From positions 127,472,001 through 127,536,000 of the forward strand of contig NC_090328.1 in assembly GCF_035084215.1 (NCBI RefSeq): a DNA stretch of 64,000 bases. The letters are read 5' to 3'. The stretch is from Heptranchias perlo (Eukaryota). The position numbers and the translations under genes were made by a program. Of the stretch, positions 12,655 to 23,933 are shown piece by piece. How positions within the stretch are numbered: the stretch's first letter is position 1; each line of letters begins with the position of its first letter. The notes beneath the pieces are model-generated. The model was given only the letters and a program-made list of their open reading frames with translations. It did not search any database and was not told the DNA's origin.

Positions 12655-14494
12655 ATGGCTCAGCAAAGGGGAAAGGCTGCGCCCCGTTTTTCAGATCTGG
12701 CACTGCAGCTGATGCTGGAGGGCGTGAGGAGGAGGAGGGAAACACTCTTCCCAGAAGATGGGCGCAAGTTCCCTGCCGCCGCAACCAGGAAGGCATGGGC
12801 AGAGGTGGCGGCGGAGGTGAGCAGCAGGGGCAACACCCCAAGGACTTGGGAGCAGTGCCGCAAGCGCTTCAATGACCTGACTAGGTCTGGCAAGGTGAGT
12901 ACACCAACGCACCCTCCCACATCCCGTCCCCACCATCACGCCAAGCAGATCACAACCCCCTCCTGCACAGCCACCACTGCGCTCCATCAGCAATCCTCAC
13001 AGCCACTCATTCACCATCCTCGCCGTGCACGCAAGTACCCACCGTCCCTGACCCCACCCGAACACTACCACACACCCCAATCCCCATGCAATGGGATGGG
13101 CACGTGGCTCACGCTTCCTCCCATCCGTTCCGCGCCACGCTCAACCCAACCACACCGATGCTCGATGCGTCTCACGATGCAAGACGCACCCACTCACACA
13201 TCTGTGTTTTGCCTTCACAGAAGAAGAGAAGCAAGAACAATAGGGAAAGGGCACGCACCGGAGGTGGGCCGCCGCAAGTGGTGGAGCTCACCGACGCAGA
13301 GGTGGAGGCGCTCGACCTCGCCCGCACGCGACATTGCCTGTCGGTGGCCGATGGCGAGTGTGTCGCTGCCGAAACGGCCGGTAAGGGAAAGCTGACACTC
13401 AACACCCATGATCGCGAGTTACCGTCTCATCACCTGCCATCAGGCGCACTGTCAAGTTGGTCCACATGCCTCAAAGTGCCCTCTGTTCTCTTGCAGGTCC
13501 GTCTTTGGGTCAAGCGAGCGTGGAGGGCGATTCCTCAGAGGACATGGCGGTCTCTGAGGGTGCATCGTCACATCAGAGCCAACCATCCACCAGCGCAGAG
13601 ACACGCACCTCGGTGGGTCCCCCTCGCCAACTAGTTGGGGTAGCACTTGGTGAGTCACTGCGCACGAGTGAGCATGAGCAGACCCTGGTGGCAGGGGCAG
13701 CCGCGGAGGGTCCGCGACGGAGGGAGCACTCATCTCCAGGCTCTGCTCAGCCGGACCCAGATGCTGAACCCAGGGGGCCACCAGTGAAAAGGAGAGTCGT
13801 CGAGGGCCACCAGCTAATTGCTGAGGTACTGGCAGAGGTGCCGCGCGCATTGTCCACAATAGCGCAGGCGATGGAGGAGTCCAACTCCTGCATGTGGGCA
13901 TTGGTGGCGCAGGCACAGGAGGGTACCGGCGACACAGTGTCGCGGGTAGGTGCGGGACTGTCTGCGGTGGAGGACAGGCTGGCCTCCCTCGAGCGTCACG
14001 CACAGCTCCAGATCGAGTCCATGCAGGCCCTGACAACGTCTGTACGGATTCAGGGTGAGCAACATTCCGACGCCACCAACAGGCTGAGGGATACACTAGG
14101 GGTGGCCTTGCAAGGCCTCACACATGCCATCCAAACTGCCGTCCAGCAGGGTGGAAGGGGTGATGTGGGCCGAGGCCAAGAGAGGGATGATGGTGACCGG
14201 GGACATGGAAGCGGGGACGCCTCTCAAGGCGTCCCCACGTCCCGCCCGTCGCCCACCTCTCAACCAGTACCCGCAATGGTGCCTCCTCTCCAGGTGGCCG
14301 AGTCTGCCCCTGCCCCGGTGCAGGAGGAGCAGTCTGTGGAGGTGCCGTCACGGGCACCGAAACCCAGGGGCCGTCCGCCAAAAGCATCTCCCCGGTCAAG
14401 GCAAGAAGACGAGCAACCTGCCACTACCTCTGCTGGAGCCACAGGGGTAGCACCACGTAGGGGTTCCCGGAGAAGAATTGCAAAGGCCTTATAA
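12655..14494 (+). CDS. Harbinger Myb/SANT-like DNA-binding protein, exons 12655-12894, 13221-13380, 13497-14494 (465 aa)
   Basis: RFSDLALQLMLEGV...AWAEVAAEV...RTWEQCRKRFNDL trihelix/Myb motif. GT-AG junctions join in frame (1398 nt). Coiled-coil-like middle and basic C-terminus. Confidence 0.9.
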
Positions 14495-14791
14495 TCACAA
14501 AGGGAATACACCAGGGTGTTTATTATTTTGTACTTTGTTTCTTATATAATGTCACATTCCAGATATTAAATAGTCTATTCTCACCACTCCTGCCACCTCT
14601 CGTCCATTCTTCCGCGGCTTGTGCAATAGTTGCGTTCCGTGGAGGCCATCATGACGGCGAACACCTGCTGCCACCCATTGGGCACACTGCTGTGGGTGCA
14701 GGATTACTGGCAGCACTCTTCAGTGGAGGGGGCTGGTATGGCCGCTCGCATGTGCAGGTGAGGAGATGCGAGCGCCTCGCAGTGTGTGACT

Positions 14792-16057
14792 CTAGGAGAA
14801 CCGTTGACGTATGAGTGCCTCCCTGGCCCGGCGACCATCCCGGTGAGTCGCGGCTCGGCGCATGGGTCGTCCAACATCCTCTGGCGCGTCCTCCTCCTCC
14901 TCCTCCGCCTCCTCCTCCTCCTCCTCCTCCTCCTCCGCCTCCTCCTCCTCGCCCTCGCCTTCCTCAATGTGGGTGGCGGGTGTGGATGGGGCCTCCTCCA
15001 GCGGCACCCCTCCCTGTTGGGCCATGTTGTGCAGGGCACAGCAGACAACTATCATTAGTCCCACTCTGAATGGTGTGTATTGGAGCGCTCCCCCAGAACG
15101 ATCAAGGCACCTGAAGCGCATCTTGAGAAGCCCTATGGTCTGCTCAATTGTAGACCTGGTAGCAGTGTGGCTGTCATTGTACCGACGCTCCGGCTCGGTG
15201 ATGGGGTTCCTCAGAGGTGTCATGAGCCACGTGTGGAGGGGATACCCCTTGTCGCCGAGGAGCCAGCCGTTGCCGGCGTTGGGTGCCTGCAGGATGAGCG
15301 GGACAGCGGACTCCCTGAGGACGAAGGCATCGTGGCAGCTGCCGGGGTATCTGGCGCACACGTGTAGGAATCTCTGGCGGTGGTCACAGATGAGCTGGGT
15401 GTTCATGGAGTGATACCCCTTCCTGTTGATGAACAGCCCTGGCTCGTGCGGAGGTGCCCGTATTGCGATGTGGGTGCAGTCGATTACACCCTGCACCCGT
15501 GGGAAGCCGGCCATGGCATGGAATCCAACCGCCCTCTCCATCTGGCTGCGCTCGTCCATGGCGAAGTTGATGTAGTGGGAGGCCCTGCGGAACAACCCAT
15601 CGGTGACCTGCCTTATGCACTTGTGTGCAGAGGACTGACAGACCCCGGTGATGTCCCCGGTGGCACCCTGGAAGGAACCGGATGCGAAGAAGTTGAGGAC
15701 AGTGGTGACTTTGACGGCGACAGGTAAGAAGATGCTGCTTGGTCCATCAGGGAGCAGCTCGTCGTTAAGGAGGCTGCAGATGTCGGCGACTACCTGGCGA
15801 TTGACTCTGAGCCGACGTATGCACTGCTCCTCGGAGAGGTCCATGAAGCTGAGCCTCGCTCTGTACACCCTGTGCGGAGGGTAGTGCCTCCTGCGACGCA
15901 TCTCTCTCTGCGGTTGCCCTCCCTCCTGCTGTGCAGGTGGGTGTGCCGCAGCACCGTGTTGGGGGGCCCCACCTCTCCGAGGCGGACGGCGTGGACTGCG
16001 AGGCTGCTGGGGCTGGTTATCCTGTTCGTCCTCCGACGATGTCAACGCACCACCCAT
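14792..16057 (-). CDS. Harbinger DDE transposase (HARBI1-like family), ~421 aa from MGGALTSSEDEQ
   Basis: Uninterrupted ORF with GVIDCTHI, NRKGYHSMN, YPGSCHDAFVL, LLGDKGYP, YNDSHTATRSTIEQTIGLLKMRFRCL, CCALHN. Confidence 0.95.
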   Translation of the reverse strand: MGGALTSSEDEQDNQPQQPRSPRRPPRRGGAPQHGAAAHPPAQQEGGQPQREMRRRRHYPPHRVYRARLSFMDLSEEQCIRRLRVNRQVVADICSLLNDELLPDGPSSIFLPVAVKVTTVLNFFASGSFQGATGDITGVCQSSAHKCIRQVTDGLFRRASHYINFAMDERSQMERAVGFHAMAGFPRVQGVIDCTHIAIRAPPHEPGLFINRKGYHSMNTQLICDHRQRFLHVCARYPGSCHDAFVLRESAVPLILQAPNAGNGWLLGDKGYPLHTWLMTPLRNPITEPERRYNDSHTATRSTIEQTIGLLKMRFRCLDRSGGALQYTPFRVGLMIVVCCALHNMAQQGGVPLEEAPSTPATHIEEGEGEEEEAEEEEEEEEEAEEEEEDAPEDVGRPMRRAATHRDGRRAREALIRQRFS

Positions 16058-16780
16058 CTGGCAGGTGTTGGTCTGAGGGGTTGTGCAGGGTAGGTGGGTG
16101 GGTCCTCGGACTGGGGCTGCGGTTTCGTGTTGGTCTGTCCTCTGGCTTGGCGGGGGTTGGTGGAGGGCAGGGGTTGCCCTATGTGACGCAGTGGCCTCCT
16201 GGGTGGGTGAGGGCTCTCCCCCGTGGAGCGCACCTTGGCACCTGCCACAGGCTGCTGGCTGCAACACGCCTGGTTTGAAAGGTACTGTTTCCCCCAGTGT
16301 GGGAAACTGACTGCGTTGAACCTAAAATCCCACACTTCCTCTTTTGACAGCTGCTTCAGCTCATTAACTGACCACAACGAGCAAGTTAAGTACTCTCAAG
16401 TGGAACCCCGCTGGCTTTAATTGCCTGCGGGATTCCCACCAGCGCGACTTGCGCGCGCAGCCCCGCATGTCAGCGCGGTACCCGGAAGTGGCCGGGATTT
16501 CGTCGCGATCCGGTCACATGACCGGAGATCGGGATTTTCGGGGCCCCCCCCGCTGGAAACCCGCAGGTAACCCGACCCTAAAATCGAGCCCAATGGGTGG
16601 CATCAGTTGTGGGTCTTCATGGTGATCCTCAGGAAAGGGCATTATTGCACAAACCAGACAAGATTTTCAAAGACGTGGCAGTAGTGGTGATAAAAAATTT
16701 TTATGATTTTTTGCAAAACAAACAAAAGTAAATCAAAAACATGACATTTTGTCTTACACCCTTGTGCATCCCCTTTGTGC

Positions 16781-18618
16781 TCACAAAACCTTCACGTTAC
16801 GTTTACGGGAACCCCTACCTGCTGCAACCCCTGTGGCTTCAGTCGAGGTAGTGGCAGGTTGCTTTTGTCCATGCCTTGACCGATGAGATGCTATGCACGG
16901 ACGCCCTCTGGGTTTCGGTATCCGTGAGGGCCCCTCCAAAGACTGCTCCACCTGCACCTGTGCAGGGGCAAACTCGGCCACCTGGAGAAGAGGGAGGCAT
17001 TGCGGTTACTGGTTGAGGAGGGGGCAACGGGTGAGAGGTCGGAGCGCTTTTGAGTGGCGTCCCCACTTCCATGTCCCCTTTCACTATTATCCCTCTCCTG
17101 GCCCAGGACCTATCACTCCTTCCACCCTGCTGGACGACAGTTTGAAGGACTTGTGTGAAGCCTTGGAAGGCCAGTTGTGAGGTATCTGTCAGCCTGTTTA
17201 AGGCGGCAGAATGTTGCTCACCCTGAATCCGAACGGCCGTTGTCAGGGCCTGAATGGACTCATTGTTGAGCCGTGCTTGAAGCTCGATGGAGGCTAGCCT
17301 TTCCTCCATTGCAGACATTCCCGCACCTACCCGCGACACTATCTCAGAGATGCCTTCACGTCCCTGTGACAGTATTCCACTCATGCAGGAGTTGGACTCC
17401 TCCATCCTCTGCGCGATTGTGGAGAGTGCGCGTGGCAACTGTTCCAGTACCTCGGCGATGTGCTGCAAGCCCTCGATGACTCTCCTTTTCACAGTTGGCC
17501 CCCAGGGTTCAGCATCTGGGTCCAACTGAGCACAGCCTGGAGAAGAGTGCTCCCACCGACGCGGACTCTCCACGGCTGCCCCTGCCACCAGGGTCTGCTC
17601 GTGCTCACTTGTGCATGGTGACTCACCATGTGCAAGCCCAACTAAGTGAGGACGGGGACCCACCGAGGTGTGTGTATCTGCGCTGGTAGATGGCTGGCTC
17701 AGATGTGACGATGCCCCCTCAGAGGCCGGCAGGTCCTCTGAGGAATCACCCTCCACAGTCATGACGGTCGCAGATGGCCCTGCAAGAGAACAGAAAGCAA
17801 TATTAAGCATGTGGACAGATGTTGAGGTGCTGCAGATGCTAGTGATGCTAAGATCATTCGCTATCATGAGTGCGGAGTGTTAGATTTCTGTCACCAGCCA
17901 ATTGTGCACTCCCAGTCTCGGCATCCACCACAGATAGGCACGCCAGCATCCGGCTTATTTCGAGAGCCTGCTGCTCCGCATCTGTTAGGACCACCTGGTA
18001 TGGCGGGCCCCCTCCGTCCTTGCCCTCTCCCGGGCGTTCTGGCATCTCTTCTCCTATCAAGGCAAAACACAGAGGCGAGATTGAGTGATGGTTGCATGGT
18101 GACCCACTGCATGCATTGATGTAGGTGGAGGTGAGCGTTACAGAGATGCATGGGAGGGTGAATGTGCAACATAGCCATGATATTGTATGAGGATTGGGTT
18201 GCGTGGTTGTGTTCAAACGGGAACTGGGCGGTGAGTAAGTGCAGGCAAGGTGAGGATGATGGTTGAGTGGATGTGAGGAGTGATGCAAGAGCGTTGTGGT
18301 GGCAGAGCAGAAGGAGTTGTGTGATGGTGGAGGTGACGTGGAAGACGGAGTGTGGGAGAATGCGTAAGTATACTCACTTTGGCTGACCTGGTTAGGTCAT
18401 TAAATCGCTTCCTGCACTGGACCCAGGTTCTGGACACATTGATGTTGCTGCTGACCTCCTCAGCCACCTCCAGCCTGGCCTTCTTGGTGGCAGAGGGAGG
18501 CCACCTCCTCCCATCTGATGGATAAAAAAATTTCCCTCCTCCTCCTCACCCCATCGAGCAGCACCTGGAGTGAGGAGTCAGAGAACCTTGGAGCAGCCTT
18601 GCCTCTGGCCTGCTCCAT
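16781..18618 (-). pseudogene. Frameshifted Myb/SANT gene of the outer Harbinger (exons ~18618-18378, 18053-17895, 17779-16781)
   Basis: MEQARGKAAPRFSDSSLQVLLDGVRRRRE, RTWVQCRKRFNDLTRSAK. Same intron positions as the inner copy, frameshifts in each exon. Confidence 0.85.
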
Positions 18619-18899
18619 GATCCAAAATTGGTTCTTTGCTGCAGGAGGAGCATTGGAGGACTTCCCCTTTAAATCGGGCTCCTCCTGCTGACAGCCTGTG
18701 ACGCGGGTACGCAGTGCACCCGCTGTGTAGGTCTGGAACGGGAAACCTGGAAGCCATGGTAAGTGCCTTCAATTAGGCTGCGATCACGTGCGGGGCACCC
18801 TGAATTCACTGGGCGCGTTACCCACGCACCCAGTCGACCCCCCGCTGCCAACCCGCCTCCCTCCTAATATCGAGCCCATAGTGTTACTTCATAAAGACA

Positions 18900-19430
18900 G
18901 TCATAGGAACATAGGAATTACCAGACAACAAAAAGACCAAAGCCCATCGAGTTTTCCTTCTCCCATCCTAGTAGTTGCATGATACAACGATAATGGAGTT
19001 GTTGACTAGTTATAGCAATCAACCTCTATCAATTCATCTACAACAGACCTAGACATGAGGTGAGGAAACCCCCCCAGTGGTGGAAAACTTTGAGAACCAT
19101 AGGTCTAAAGTCACCTGTTCCTCCCAAGCATGTTACATTTACCGTATGTCATGTCTCAAATTACTCATATACTATATCCCAAAATATTATTTTCTGAAAG
19201 AAATCTGTGCCAGCACAGGCACAATGGGCTGAATGGCCTCCTTCTGTGCTGTATCATTCTGTGAGTCTATGATCTAATTTGCATTTGAATGAATCATGAC
19301 TATCTCCTTCCACCGTCTTCCTAAGGAGCTTGTTCCATTGATTTATCATGCGCTCACCAAAATAATGTTTCCGCAGATTAGTTTTGAATTTACCCCGTTT
19401 CAAGCGCAGGCCGTGTCCTCTGGTTCCAAG
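18900..19430 (-). mobile_element. CR1 3' end fragment
   Basis: (ataggaac)n tail reversed, RT C-terminal remnant near 19300-19430. Confidence 0.55.
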
Positions 19431-19765
19431 TCAACGGAATGGAGAGTTCGGGGGTTGTAGGGTTTGAGGAGATTACAGAGATAAAAAGGGGCAAGGCCAT
19501 GAACGGATTTAAGCACAAGGCTGAGAATTTTAAATTGGAGCCAATGTAGAATAGCGTAAATGGGGTTGAGCGGGTCTTAGTACGGAATATCGTACGGACA
19601 GCAGAGTTTTGGATGAGCTGAAGCTTACAGAGCGTGGAGGATGGGAGGCCGGTCAGGAGAGCATTGAAATAGTCAAGTCTGGAGATGACAAACACATGGA
19701 TGAAAGTTTCAGCAGCAGATAATCTGAGACAGGGGCAGAGGAACAGATGATGTTACAGAGGTGGT
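19430..19765 (-). mobile_element. L2-clade LINE fragment
   Basis: FVISRLDYFNALLTGLPSSTLCKLQLIQNSAVR. Confidence 0.75.
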
Positions 19766-19835
19766 TTCAGTGCTCCAGCAGGGACAAAACTGATTAGAGA
19801 GATTCAAACAGGGAGTTGCAGAAAAGGTGGGCACA

Positions 19836-21340
19836 ATGTGCCAGACTCCCCAATTTGGTGTCACCAGCAAATTTCAATACTGCTCATTTAATTACGGAGT
19901 CCAGATCATTTATCTACATAATACACTGGCATCTACCCGACAATGTGGAAAATTGCCCAGGCATGTCCTGTCAACAAAAAGCAGGACAAATCCAATCCGG
20001 CCAATTACTGCCCCATCAGTCTACTCTCAATCATCAGCAAAGTGATGGAAGGTGTCGTCGACAATGCTATCAAGCAGCAATGAATCACCAATAACCTGCT
20101 CACCGATGCTCAGTTTGGGTTCCGCCAGGACCACTCGGCTCCAGACCTCATTACAGCCTTGGTCCAAACATGGACAAAAGAGCTGAATTCCAGAGGTGAG
20201 GTGAGAGTGACTGCCCTTGACACCAAGGCAGCATGTGACCATGTGTGGCACCAAGGAGCCCTAGTAAAACTGAAGTCAATGGGAATCAGGGGGAAAACTC
20301 TCCAGTGGAGTCACAAAGGAAGATGGTAGTGGCTGTTGGAGACCAATCATCTAAGCCCCAGGACATTGCTGCAGGAGTTCCTCAGGGCAGTGTCCTCGGC
20401 CCAACCATCTTCAGCTGCTTCATCAATGACCTTCCCTCCATCATAAGGTCAGAAATGGGGATGTTCGCTGATGATTGCACAGTGTTCAGTTCACTCGCAA
20501 CCCCTCAAATAATGAAGCAGTCCGTGCCTGCCTGCAGCAAAACCTGGACAACATCCAGGCTTGGGCTGATAAGTGGCAAGCAGCATTCGCGTCAGACAAG
20601 TGCCAGGTAATGACCATCTCCAACAAGAGAGTGTCTAACCACCTCCCCTTGTCATTCAACGGCATTACCATCGCCGAATCCCTCACCATCAACATCCTGG
20701 GGTCACCACTGACCAAAAACTTAACTGGACCAGCCATATAAATACTGTGGCTACAAGAGCAGGTCAGAGGCTGGGTATTCTGCGGCAAGTGACTCACCTC
20801 CTGACTTCCCAAAGCCTTTCCACCATCTACAAAGCACGAGTCTCCACTTGCCTGGATGAGTGCAGCTCCAACAACACTCAAGAAGCTCAACACCATCCAG
20901 GACAAAGCAACCCGCTTGATTGGCACCCCATTCACCACCCTAAACATTCACTCCCTTCACCACCGGCGCACCATGGCTGTAGTGTGTACCATCCACAGGA
21001 GGCACTGCAGCAACTCGCCAAGGCTTCTTCGACAGCACCTCCCAAACCCACAACCTCTACCACCCAGAAGGACAAGGGCAGCAGGCACATGGGAACAACA
21101 CCACCTGCACGTTCCCCTCCAAGTCACACACCATCCCAACTTGGAAATATATCGCTGTTCCTTCATTGTCGCTGGGTCAAAATCCTGGAACTCCTAACAC
21201 TGTGGGAGAACCTTCATCACATGGACTGCAGCAGTTCAAGAAGGAGGCTCTCCACCACCTTCTCAAAGGCAATTAGGGATGGGCAATAAATGCTGGCCTT
21301 GCCAGCGACACCCACATCCCATGAACAAATAGAAAAAAAA
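19836..21340 (+). mobile_element. 5'-truncated CR1/L2-group LINE (RT)
   Basis: NYCPISLLS, GVPQGSVLGPTIFSCFINDL, MFADDCTV, A-rich 3' end; frameshifted. Confidence 0.85.
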
Positions 21341-21710
21341 TAAGAATAATTCCAACACAAACCCTTGTGGAGCACCAATCGTCACATCTTTCCAATCTGA
21401 GAAACTTCATTTTATCCCTACACTTTGCTTCTGACCTCTAACTAAATCTCTATCCATGTGGTGACATTTCCCTTAATTCCATTGCCATCCATATTAGGGA
21501 ATTGGTGAGGCAGGATTCTGAATTTGTCAGCAGTCGTACACACATAATCAGCCAAATCAAATTTCCTAGGCTCTTGGGGATAACCCCAATCAGTTACTCC
21601 TGGGAGAGTCTCTGTGACTGATAAAATGTAGCTATGATTTTCAGGAATTTCCCAGTGGCTGAATGAGCTGATTTTATCAGCACACTGCTGTTAACTAAAG
21701 AGTCCTAATC

Positions 21711-23770
21711 CATAGGAACATAGAAACAGGGGTAGGCCATTCAGCCCTTTCAGCCTGTTCCGCCATTCAATGAGATCGTGGCTGATCTGTATCCTAACTC
21801 CATCCACCCACTTTGACTCCATATCCTTTAACATTTTTGGCTAGGAGTCCTAGACTCTTCCACCAGCAGAAAAAGTTTCTCTCTCTCTCTACCCGATCAA
21901 TTCCTTTCAAAATCCTAAAAAACTCAATCAAGTTCCCCTTAACCTTCTTTATTCCTGGGAATACAAGCCTAGTCTGTGTAATCTCTCCTCATAATCTAAC
22001 CCTTGGAGCCCTGGTAACATTCTGGTGAATCTGCAATGCACTCTTTCAATGGCTAAAATATCCTTTCTAAGGTGTAGTGCCCAGAACTGTACACTGTACT
22101 CCAGATGTTGTCTAAGCAGGGCTTTGTATGGCTGTGGCAAAACATCTTAGCCTTTATAATTAGAAAGCTAGGATATAAAGGGGAACATTCCATTAGTTGT
22201 TTTGATTATTTTTTGTACCTGACTACTACATTTTAGTGATCTATGTACATGGACCCTTAAGTCTTTTTGGACTTCCATTGTTCCTAGCTTTTCACCATTT
22301 AAAAAATACTCAGATCTATCGTTTTTTGATCCAAAATGGATGACCTCACACTTACCTGTGTTGGAATCCATCTGTCACAGTTTTGCCCACTCACTTAATC
22401 TATCAACGTCTCTTTGTAACTTCATGCTCACGTTTACATTATGCCATTAATCTTTGTGTCATCGACAAACTTGGATATATGGCTCTCTATTGTGTTACCC
22501 AAGTCATTAATAAATAGTGAATAGTTGATGCCCCAGCAGACCCTTGAGGGACACCAGTAGTCACTTCCTTCCAATTCGAGTACATACCCATCATCCCTGC
22601 TCTCTACCTTCTACCGCCTAACCAATCTCCTAACCAGGTCAATAATTTGCCTTCAATTCCACAAGCTTTAATTTTACCCAACAGTCTCATATGTGGAACC
22701 TTATCGAATGCCTTCTGGAAGTCCATATAAACTACATCCATAGATATTCCCCTGTCTACTACTTTAGTTACTTCCTCAAAAATTTCAATTGGGTTTGTTA
22801 GACATGACCTACCCTTTACAAATCCATGTTGGCTCTCTCTAATCAGCTCAAATTTCTCTAAGTGCTCAGTCACGCGATCCTTAATTATAGATTCCAATAA
22901 CTTCCCCACAACAAATGTTAGACTAAGATTTATAATTTCCTGGTTTCTCTTTCTCACCCTTCTTGAACAATGGAGTTGCATTTGCAATTTTCCAATCTAA
23001 AAGGGACAATTCCTGAATCAAGAGGGTTTTGGAAGATTATGGCTAAAGCATCCGCAATTTCCTCACCTACTTCCTTTAAAACCCTGGAGTGGAAACCGTC
23101 AGATCCTGGAAATATCAGCCTTTAGTGCCATTATTTTTTTTAATACTGTTTTCTTCCTTATGTCAACTTTAATGAGTTCCAGTCCTTGATTCACTATTAG
23201 TTTCCCTGGAATGTGGGGTATATTATCCTCTCCCTCTACTGAGAAGACTAACACAAGGTCATTATTCAACAAGTCTGCCATTTTCTTACTTTCATTTGCA
23301 ATATTACCCACATCTGTTTTTAAAGAGCCCACATTACCCTTGACTACCCTTTTTCTTCTAATATAATCGTAAAACTTTTTGTGTTAATCTTGATATCCCT
23401 CACAAGCTTCTTTTTGCATTCCCTTTTTGCTGCTCTTACTATCTTTTTGTCTTCCTTTGCTGTTCTTTACCAGTCCCCTGGATCTACACTATTCTTTGCA
23501 CTTTTGTATGCTCTTTTCTTTTGTTTTATGTTATCTCTCACCTCTTTTGTCCACCATGGCTGTTCTATTTGGCAAGTACTGGTCCAGTATTAAGCTAAAT
23601 TCTTTTTTGAACACCTCCCACTGTTCATCAGTAGTTTTACCCGATTACAATTTTGACCAGTCTCTGTCTCATCCCATTAAAGTTAGCCTTACCAAAATCT
23701 AGAATCTTAGTAACCGTGTTAAGTTTCCCCTTTTCAAACCTAACATTGAATTCGATCATATCCACCACTT
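21711..23770 (-). mobile_element. 5'-truncated CR1 LINE
   Basis: SQHGFVKGRSCLTN, YMDFQKAFDKVPH, LEYSVQFWA; (gttcctat)-type tail at 21711-21730. Confidence 0.9.
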
Positions 23771-23784
23771 TCTTCCAATACCCT

Positions 23785-23933
23785 GTAAATTTACTGTAAG
23801 TATAATGTGGATAAATTTACTATAAGTATAATGTGGGTAAATTTACTATAAGTATAATGTGGGTAAATTTACTATAAGTATAATGTGGGTAAATTTACTA
23901 TAAGTATAATGTGGGTAAATTTACTATAAGTAT
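23785..23933. repeat. 26-bp AT-rich minisatellite, ~5.7 copies
   Basis: Unit GTAAATTTACTATAAGTATAATGTGG. Confidence 0.95.

Larger units (their letters stand above)
12397..16591. mobile_element. Intact-looking autonomous PIF/Harbinger transposon (4195 bp)
   Basis: TIRs GGGCTCGAATTT / AAAATCGAGCCC, AAT on both flanks (12394-96, 16592-94), two convergent intact genes. Confidence 0.95.
11382..18877. mobile_element. Outer PIF/Harbinger element, non-autonomous deletion derivative (~3.3 kb without the nested insert)
   Basis: TIRs GGGCTCGATTTT / AATATCGAGCCC, ATA on both flanks (11379-81, 18878-80), truncated transposase (+) and frameshifted Myb gene (-). Confidence 0.9.

Noticed and set aside
13452-15727. 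Many overlapping antisense ORFs in the Harbinger
   Set aside because: Shadow ORFs of GC-rich coding sequence
14792-16267. Domesticated host gene HARBI1 or a 491-aa product
   Set aside because: Lies inside TIRs and a TSD with a partner Myb gene, so it is a transposon. The 491-aa call uses a non-ATG start, and homology with the outer copy starts at the ATG at 16057
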